From Microthyrium microscopicum (taxonomy: Eukaryota), in contig MU004231.1 of the NCBI GenBank assembly GCA_010405405.1, positions 1,371,784 to 1,435,783 on the forward strand: a stretch of DNA of 64,000 bases. The letters are read 5' to 3'. Position numbers and translations under genes: made by a program. A model generated the notes under the pieces. It made no database searches, was not told the origin of the DNA, and saw nothing but the letters and a program-made list of their open reading frames with translations. Position 1 is the stretch's first letter; each line of letters begins with the position of its first letter. Below are positions 55,587-64,000 of this stretch, in pieces.

Positions 55587-55914
55587 CTAGTCGCTGTCAT
55601 GCTCCCGTACTCTGAGCTTTCTGAGCTTTTTTCGTTGAGCCTAAGGGTAGTACTTAAATTGTGAAATGGTGTTGGTCAATGTCGTACTTACACTGTCTAA
55701 TTTGGCTGGTATTTTGAAGCAATAATGATCCGCAAGGAACTGTCCGAGTAAGAAGACTGCCAGCAATATACCTTGGTACTCAGTGAGGGTCGCTTACATG
55801 TACCTTGAAATCCGACGCGCCGTAATCAGGCCATTCTTCTTGTAGAAAACCCTCAACAATTTGTTGCGTCAAATCGTAATGTTCCACTTTGTCATCCACA
55901 AAAGCGTCCGTCAT
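55587..55914 (-). CDS. Small 72-aa hypothetical protein, 3 exons (55914-55798, 55739-55692, 55640-55587); absent from the ORF track
   Basis: ATG plus two phase-0 introns (58 nt GTAAGC..CAG; 51 nt GTAAGT..TAG) give MTDAFVDDKVEHYDLTQQIVEGFLQEEWPDYGASDFKVH-FLADHYCFKIPAKLDS-AQRKKLRKLRVREHDSD*. Confidence 0.68.
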
Positions 55915-56781
55915 AGTTGCGCTGTAGTTTATGGATTCAATCCTATAACAGATAAGCTCCGAGGTAACTTGCCAAGAGCTGGGGTCGTATCAGAGCTCGT
56001 GCGATTTCGATGACCTACGTTAGTGTGCAGAAGCGGCTAATAGGACATGAAGGCAGAAAAGGCAGGCCGAGACGGATTTGCAGGTTCGCGAACAAAGCTG
56101 AGAAAGGGCGTAAGATGCTAAATCACTGAAGACGCCCCAAGTGAGTGAAAGCGAAGAGATGGAAAAGCCACTGTTCTTTCCATCAGTCGCATGATTTGGT
56201 TGCCTTGTTTGGAGCGTGCTTGGTCATTTGACGACGGAGAGAGCCTTCAAATCTTTGGCAGACCGAGGAGCATGGCTGACATCGATTTGATTGCAGGCCA
56301 GCCTTGCTGGACGGGAACACTCGGCTACGAGGGTAGGAAAATGATCGAATCCTGTTTGAGACGGGGAATCTACTTCGTTGCTTCCACCTGCTGGATACTG
56401 TAGCAGTAATAGAAAGGCAATCGAAGGATGTGAAGCTATACAGCGCATATAAAGAGGAAGTGACCTCATTTGAGGGGTCTATACCCTTACATGCTGTACG
56501 GTCGAAAGGAGCCCCAAAGGCCCCCCGGCTTTAGCAGCCCTGGCATCAAGATACCATGTTAAACTGGACATTGGATCGAAGCGCCTCACTGCATAGCATG
56601 AAAGAGGCAGACTGATCGCGAATGATAATGCAAGTAGTCATGATTTCATCATGTACAGCGCTCAGTGCCCCAACTGCTGAATTTAGCAGAGCCTCATTGT
56701 GTGACGGCGCAAATAGGCAAAACAGCGCAAGAGTCTATCTGATAATCTTGATTTTGATATTAGTACAAGTTCGCACACCCT

Positions 56782-57588
56782 TTATGCTGATGCTCGGGTA
56801 TTTAGGATCAAAGCCACAATCAACCTGTAGATGTTAGCCAAGCGTCCGCGTCGAAAGGCAAATTTGGGATAGCAAACCCATAAAGTCCTAGGACTTCGGC
56901 AAAAATAAGAATCAAAACCATTCCTACGAAAATCCTTGATTGTTGCATGTATGACCGTACTCCCTATCACCGTATTAGCACCGCCCATAATGTGGTGATC
57001 TGCGATCATACCATATCTCCCACGATTCCTATCGCATATCCAGCTGCCAGACCAGAGAGGCCCACTGACATGCCCGCGGCTAGATGTAAGAAGGCATTGA
57101 ATAGAGGATATGTTTCATCTGGTTTGATGCTTCCCGCGACGAGAACGGATATAACGAGGGCGTAAACGGCAATAATACCAGACATGACGACAGGAATGAG
57201 GGACTATAGCAGAGTAAGATTGTGTTTACGATCAAATCTCGGGATCAACTACCTTCATGATCAGGTCAGGTCTGTATGTACCAATACCAGCGATACCAAT
57301 TCCAGACTTGGCGGTTCCGAAGGCGGCTCCCAGACCTTTGCGATGTTAGTGAAGGAGCTAGAAAGCAATCGTGAAGGGATCAACTGACATCCGAATATCA
57401 TCTATGCGTGGAAAGGCGGTTAGCAAAGCTACTGAAAGCTAGATTGAAGTGATGAACATACTGCAAAGGCTATGCCACCCTATGAGATGTTAGTGATGAT
57501 GAACTTCATGCTGAGATATGATGATACTCACCATTCCGAAGAAGGGGGCGAACTTTGGGGAGAACTGGGATTCGAGAGCGGCGTCCAT
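56782..57588 (-). CDS. VMA11: V-type H+-ATPase proteolipid subunit c' (163 aa; exons 57588-57532, 57479-57462, 57401-57389, 57335-57253, 57203-57012, 56963-56878, 56824-56782)
   Basis: Spliced product [71 protein letters not shown]...[28 protein letters not shown], with the conserved TM4 Glu; missed by the ORF track because of micro-exons. Confidence 0.93.
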
Positions 57589-58258
57589 GATGGCACGATT
57601 GACGATGTATGAGCCGGTGCTGAGCGGGAGTAGCTAGAGTAGTGACCCGAGTGCAATAGCTCTGTTGGTGGTGATATCTCTTCTGGAGGTTGAAGCAAGG
57701 CGGAGCCGGAGATAGGCGCGAGCTTGCTAGGACGCTGAATAAGAATTCAACACAAAGTCTTGGCATGACTAGCGACGTATTAGCTGTATCAGAAGCACCA
57801 GCCAACCTTCCAACACCACTGCCATCTCGTCCTTCAATGTTCTTGCTCTTCATCAGCGCCTTACTCTGTCCCTTCAATACTTTCTAGCCTTGTTCAGCTA
57901 TCTCAATCTACGGCGTGCTTCTACTGCTTTTACCTTGTTCTTTCACGGCCGAATCGCTTCTCACTTCATCCGCGTTCCTCCTCTTTCTCGTCGCCGGGCC
58001 CTTCATACTGCTCCCTGCACGGCCCGATCCGCTGTTGAACATACTCAGTTGCTTGTCGTTGTTACTTCCTTGGTCAGCTTGCGTTTACAGCGTCGATAGT
58101 TGCAGCTCTCCGTTCTCGTCATCTCCGACTGCCAATCACTTTCGATCCGCTGCAAATATCCGACTGACTGCGGGCCAAACCCGCGGTATTCACCTGCTGA
58201 GGGTGCTTGTGCACTTGGATATATAGTTCCTGAGAGACTCTTGTTTTACCACAGCTAC
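57589..58258. promoter_or_regulatory. Divergent (head-to-head) intergenic/promoter region shared by VMA11 and ROM2
   Basis: ~670 bp between opposite start codons; pyrimidine-rich on + before ROM2. ttttaccacag just before the ROM2 ATG may be a 5'-UTR intron acceptor. Confidence 0.5.
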
Positions 58259-61200
58259 ATGGCAGGATACAATCAACAACAGCAACCACCACATCATGGC
58301 CGTGGCTACCCCGCCGAGCAGCAGCGGGATGCTGCCTATAACGAAACCTATGCCGGTCGCTCTCAGACAATGACCTCACAATCATACCAATCGTACCCGC
58401 AGGAAAGAGCGCAAACAATCTCGGCCCAAACGATGGACAGAATGCAGCGCGGCCCGCCTTTATACAACCAGCCTGGAAACGGATACCCACCACCAATGCC
58501 CAATCAATATCAAGGTGGACATCCTCAGCCAATGCGTGCTCCAACCATGCCTGTTCCGCGATCAGGAGGCCAACCTCAATACCCACCGTCCCATCAGATG
58601 CCTCCACAACAATATAATCAGTTTCCTCCTCGAGCCGAATCCCGCCCGCAAACAGGTCGCGCATACCCCAACGGCGCACCACCCAATCGATATCCGCCGC
58701 AAGGTCAGCAAGCCCTGCCGGAGCAATATCAGAGAGCGCAAACGCTTACCTCATCGCGACCTCAGATGTATCCAACTCCTGGAGGTGGGTACAATGTTGC
58801 GCCTGCCCAGACATTTCGACAACAGCAATACAATCCCATGAACCGAACCACTGCTCAAGGAAGAGTGGTCCCGGAACGCCAGGATGAGCGGACGTTGTCT
58901 CTGTCTTCTTATGGTAGAGAGGAACACTCTCATCAAACCATGAGTGGCAGAGTGATCCCTTCCAGAAAACGAGAATCTAACGAAACTCTTCCAGATCGAA
59001 GCTCCCAAGGATCAATACCAACATCTCCAGTCAACGCAAGACAACGGACTGGCAGCCAATCAAGCCACCCGTCTCGCAGTTTTTCGATGGCGTCGACTAT
59101 AATAGATGGCCAAAAAGCTAATGGTGTGCCATCCAGCGCTCAGTCACAGCAAGGCGTAATCATACATCAGCGTCGTGCGCCTCTTGTCTACCCAGCTCTA
59201 TTGTCAAGAGTGGCCGATTCCTTCAAAGACAGAATCAATCTTCTTGATCAGAGCAAGGATGGTTTGGACTACAAGAGTGCCTTTACGGGAGAGGACGCGG
59301 TAACCACAATTGCTTATATCATCAAGACAACTGATCGAAATCTGGCTCTTCTCCTTGGCCGTTCCCTGGATGCCCAAAAATTCTTCCATGATGTTACGTA
59401 CGCTCATAGACTACGAGATTTGCGTTCTGAACTCTATCAATTCCAGGAAACTGTCGTTGAGGATGTGTCAGAGGTCAATGGTGTGTTTACTCTGCTCACT
59501 GAGTGTTACTCTCCCACGTGTACCCGAGATCGTCTCTGCTATTCGATTGCATGCCCTCGCAGACTTGAACAACAAGCTCGATTAAAAATGCGACCTCAAC
59601 CTATCCTCAAACGTGCTGATTCGCATACAAGTTTACATGACGAAGGTGCAGATGACCATACTCTTTGGAGTACCACGGTATCTAAAGCAGTACTTGATAG
59701 CGTCAGCGACAAAGAGAAGAAACGCCAGGAAGTCATCTATGAACTGGCCTACACCGAACGCGATTTCGTCAAGGACATAGAGTACATGCGAGATTTCTGG
59801 ATGAAACCATTGCGAGACTCACGAGATTCGCCGATACCGATTCATAGACGCGAGGAATTCATCAAGGCGGTCTTCAGCAACATCTCGGAGGTGTACGGTG
59901 TCAACTCCAAATTGGCAGAAGCCCTGACGAAACGACAACAAGAAAGTACTGTTGTCCGTAGCATTGGAGACATTTTCCTCGAACATGTGCCGCGCTTCAA
60001 GCCTTTCATCACCTATGGTTCACATCAATTGTTTGGAAAGCACGCTTTTGAGACCGAGAAGAAATCAAATCCGGCATTTGCAAAGTTCGTACAAGATACT
60101 GAAAGAATGAAGGAATCGCGCAAACTTGAACTCAATGGTTATCTTACGAAGCCCACCACGAGATTGGCGCGTTATCCTCTTCTACTAGAAGGAATCATGA
60201 AAAACACGCCAGATGAAGATCCCGACAAGAAGAATATTCCAAAGGCCATTGCTCTAGTTAAAGAGTTCCTGGGCAAGGTCAACGAGGAATCTGGCCGAGC
60301 CGAGAATGCTTTCACTTTGATGAACTTGGATAGGGACCTCAATTGGCGTCAGGTTGAGAAAATGGATCTGAGGCTCACTGAGGCAAACCGCCAGCTGCTC
60401 TTCAAAGGAATGTTGAAACGACAACCACAGGATCAGCAGGGTGATATTCAAGCTTATCTCTTTGACCATGCTGTACTCCTTGTGAGAGTCAAGACAATCA
60501 ATAAGAAGGAAGATTTGAAAGTGTTCCGAAAGCCGATTCCGCTTGAGCTACTCACCATTGCGGAAATGAACGAGATGATTCACAAAGGCGTTGTGAAACG
60601 CACTTCGGGCCTCATTGGTGGTAGATCTCAGACTATGACTAGTCAAAGTGACAAGAATGGTGCCAAGCAAGGATTGCCTATTACTTTCAAGCATCTTGGT
60701 AAAGGTGGTTATGATATCACATTGTATTGCTCAACACCGATTCAACAACAAAAATGGATGGAGATGATCGATACACAACAACGACAGCTTCGAGAGTCTA
60801 GCAACGTCTATACCAAAACGATTCTCAACGAGGGCTTTTTCAATTCCACCAACCGAGTCAATTGCTGCGTGCCGATGGGTAGGAACTGTAGCTTCATTAC
60901 TTTTTCAATATACTAACAGCTCGGTAGATGGTGGCCGAAAGCTTGTTCTTGGAACAGAAGCTGGCGTATATGTTTGTGACAGTAAACCCAAGGATTCATC
61001 AGTGAAGCCGAAACGAGTCCTGGATCTCCGATCGGTGACATCCATCGAAGTGCTCGAATCGCACCAAATATTTCTGGTATTGTCGGATAAGACTGTCTTT
61101 TCGTACTCCCTCGACGCATTGGAGTCGGAAGACAGCGCTGCAGCCAGCAAACGTGGTCGCAAGATATGTCACGCGAACTTCTTCAAGGCAGGCGTCTGTC

Positions 61201-62204
61201 AAGGTCAACAGATTGTCTGCTGTGTAAAGACCTCTGCCCTGTCCTCCACCATCAAGGTCTACGAACCAATGGATTCCATGGCCAAAAAGTCAAAGAAGTC
61301 AGGCTTTGCTAAGATGCTGACTACTAGCCAAGACGTCTTGAAGCCTTTAAGAGTAAGTACACCCTGGTCTCTATTTCCTAGTTTTCAAAAGTTCCTCGAA
61401 GATACACCCGAAGATGTACTTGCAGTTTTGCAGGGGATGTCGTCTATAGATGGCCAGTTATTCTTTGACTGCCTGGCCGCTATGGGCAATGTCACATTGA
61501 TAACTTTATCAAGCACCGCAAAAATACAGTAACTAACGAATACATAATAGGAAATTTTCATCCCAACCGAATCCTCAAGCATCCATTTCTTGCGCTCGAA
61601 AATCTGTGTTGGTTGCGCTCGTGGGTTTGAGGTTGTTAGTCTGGAGACCCTTGAGGCTCAATCCCTTCTCGATCAGGCAGATACCTCGCTTGATTTCGTT
61701 CAGCGGAAAGAAAACATCAAGCCTGTGCACATTGAGCGAATGGCTGCAGAGTTCCTGCTCTGCTATACTGACTATTCATTCTTCGTAAACCGTAATGGTT
61801 GGCGCGCGAAGCCCGACTGGATTATTTCTTGGGAAGGTACTCCTCAAGCTTTCGCTGTCTTCAATCCATATATCCTGGCTTTCGAACCGAACTTCATCGA
61901 GATTCGACATATGGATGATGGGCGATTGCTGCACATCTCAACCGCTAACAAGATACGCATGCTCCATTCATCATCACGAGAGGTAATTACATAACAGCCT
62001 CTTTGACTTTAGACAATTTCACTGACAATTTCATAGATTCTATACGCCTACGAAGACGAAACAGGCGATGATGTTATCGCCAGCATAGATTTCTGGGGCA
62101 GTAAGGACAATCAACCACAACAGTCTGGTCCTACGCAACAGCGCATCGCCATCAACGCTCCACCAAACGCCGCGCCAACCTACGGTAAAGAATATCGGCA
62201 CTAA
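58259..62204 (+). CDS. ROM2: Rho1 guanine-nucleotide exchange factor (DEP-DH-PH-CNH); exons 58259-60878, 60928-61352, 61551-61982, 62037-62204
   Basis: P/Q-rich N-terminus; DEP region 'TTDRNLALLLGRSLDAQKFFHDVTY', 'CYSPTCTRDRLCYSIACPRRLEQQ'; DH 'EKKRQEVIYEL..TERDFVKD', 'SRKLELNGYLTKPTTRLARYPLLL'; CNH 'SLLDQADTSLDFV', 'FVNRNGWRA'. Start codon inferred. Confidence 0.94.
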
Positions 62205-63195
62205 GCCGGTTCTTTTGCCAATGTACTATCACAGTCTTCTGGATACTCGTGGTGTCCATCGTTCTTGAGGCGTTTTTGCTTAGCGGGCGTGCAAATTGCG
62301 TTGCATTATTTAGGCGAAGGAGGCCTGTCTTTTTGGATCGAAAATAGGAACTGGTGTTTTCTGCAAAGCTTTGTTTTCTAGACGGGCATTGGGATCAAGG
62401 AGTTTCGTGTTCGTCATGTTGCAGCTTGTGGGCCTTGTATCTCGAAGGCTTGTTGAGTTTATGAGCGTTCTAGGTGTTTTTGTTTGCGAATGGGGGTTTT
62501 TGATGTAGCCTTGTACTTTGTGCAGAATGAGTGTGACAATATACTTCAACTTGGCAAGACCAGAAATCGTGGTTTCAAAGAATTATTGATTGCCTTTGTG
62601 AATACGCAAAGCCTACATGCTTAAAAAGGTCAAATGGCCTTTTCATGATCAAACCGATAATGATCAAACCGATAACATCGCATCTCGCATTCGATGGCAT
62701 CCATAGCACTCGATCAAGAACATTTTCTATGGGGGTCATCGAAAGCAATCGGAGATACATGTTTCTATCGGTTTCATTGCATGTTGTTGAGATACAAGGC
62801 TGAAAACACCACTTCATCTGTCTAAGATCAATCCACAAAACGTCGTATTTCCAGACGAGTTTGATAGAAGGCGTTCATGGTCGAGTGCTATGGCTGCCAT
62901 CGAATGCGATGTGAAACACGATATTTTTCATGCTTCATCGGATATCCTCAATGAGTGCGTGTTTGCACGGGGAATATTCGCCCCGACTTCTAAGAAATAA
63001 GAATGTATTTGCAAGTAAACCAAGGGGTATGTTGGTATCAAAGCCAACTCCTCTGCAACATGCTTGCCGTAAGACACGCCAAACACCAACGAAATCCAAC
63101 AATCCTCCACATCATAGCCAGCCGAAGCCCGCTGCCCATATACTCAATGGGCATTACTCTTCGCCCAACGTAAGGCTATTCAAAGCTTGATACTA

Positions 63196-64000
63196 CTAAG
63201 GCTGTGTATTAATCTCATAACCCAACAAGGTCTCCGTCGTCATCCCCTCCCAACCCCTATTCCCCGCCGTGCTAATCAAAAACCTGCCCGTCGGATCCAG
63301 GAACAAGTGCGACACCACGCCAGTTCGATGACCCGGTACGATCAAGAACGGCACCACTGCCGCCCCCTTGCCACCCTCACCTAGCTCGTCGTTGCGCAGA
63401 TCGTACAGTCTGAGAATGTCATGGCTGGCACAAATTAAGTGGCGGCCATTCGGCATGGCCCGTAGCGCAGAAACTGCTTTGGAGCTGCCTGGTAGTTTGA
63501 GCGTGCGTACAGGCTCACGTAGTGATTTGTGGAGCGAGTATTCCTCGACGCAGTTGTTGCGTCGGCCGGCGTAGATGAAGTTTCCGTCGGGAGACCAGCA
63601 GGCGGACATGCACCAGGGTGGTGTTCCCATGCGGGGAGGGAGAGTTGTAATGGGGTTCTGCATGCGGCGATCCCAGATGCGGAGAGTTCCAGAGATGGAG
63701 GCGTCGAGAAAGGTTGTTTCGGATGAAGGGGTTATATCGTTATTGGTGTCGGGGAGGGAGGGGTGCAGGGTTGATGTTGTTGAGGCTTGTTCGTCGGAGT
63801 GTGGGAGGGATTGAGCCACGGTTTGATTCGCTGATGGTGCTTCTGATGGTTCTGCGACGGCGGTGGGCTGAGATTCGGCGGGTGGTTCAGTGTCGATGTC
63901 CATTTGAGTATCGGAGGGGGCTTTGGTTTCTATATCGAGTGTATCCAGGGGGTTGTCTTCGACAGTTTGTTGTTGGGGCGCGCTTGCGATGGCTCGACTG
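63196..64000 (-). CDS. SPT8: SAGA complex WD40 subunit Spt8, 3' portion (continues beyond the window)
   Basis: GTLRIWDRR, GTPPWCMSACWSPDGNFIYAGRRN, ICASHDILRLYDL, PFLIVPGHRTGVVS, ISTAGNRGWEG; frame open to the window end. Confidence 0.88.
   Translation of the reverse strand, partial: SRAIASAPQQQTVEDNPLDTLDIETKAPSDTQMDIDTEPPAESQPTAVAEPSEAPSANQTVAQSLPHSDEQASTTSTLHPSLPDTNNDITPSSETTFLDASISGTLRIWDRRMQNPITTLPPRMGTPPWCMSACWSPDGNFIYAGRRNNCVEEYSLHKSLREPVRTLKLPGSSKAVSALRAMPNGRHLICASHDILRLYDLRNDELGEGGKGAAVVPFLIVPGHRTGVVSHLFLDPTGRFLISTAGNRGWEGMTTETLLGYEINTQP

Noticed and set aside
57506..58682. Several 65-187 aa ORFs around the VMA11/ROM2 starts, and the TTG-started 5' extension of ROM2 from 58100
   Set aside because: They are alternative-frame or antisense shadows of real genes and UTRs; the first plausible ROM2 ATG is at 58259.
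62310..63190. Short ORFs between ROM2 and SPT8
   Set aside because: Convergent 3'-UTR/intergenic region; no motifs or coherent splice pattern found.

Overview
Filamentous-ascomycete (Pezizomycotina-type) genomic DNA with a two-compartment layout. (i) 1-~34075 is an extremely AT-rich, TpA-saturated block typical of repeat-induced point mutation (RIP), with four assembly gaps. Its right end carries a RIP-destroyed DUF6589 (Academ-like transposase) gene and a 63-bp terminal hairpin. AAACGTTT-type motif clusters and several minisatellites are scattered through it. (ii) A 7-exon minor PKA catalytic-subunit gene follows. (iii) 37161-48003 is a complete, RIP-inactivated 10.8-kb Ty3/Gypsy LTR retrotransposon with 152-bp LTRs, a 5-bp TSD and an apparent extra antisense ORF. 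(iv) A co-oriented minus-strand trio follows: an unannotated 72-aa three-exon microprotein, an intact CorA-like two-TM protein, and a kinase-vWA fusion broken by two in-frame TAA codons. This is my best candidate for an undescribed signalling/defence module. (v) Housekeeping genes VMA11, ROM2 and the 3' part of SPT8 end the window. All exon boundaries and RIP 'back-translations' were read by eye; family names come from motif recognition, not database searches.
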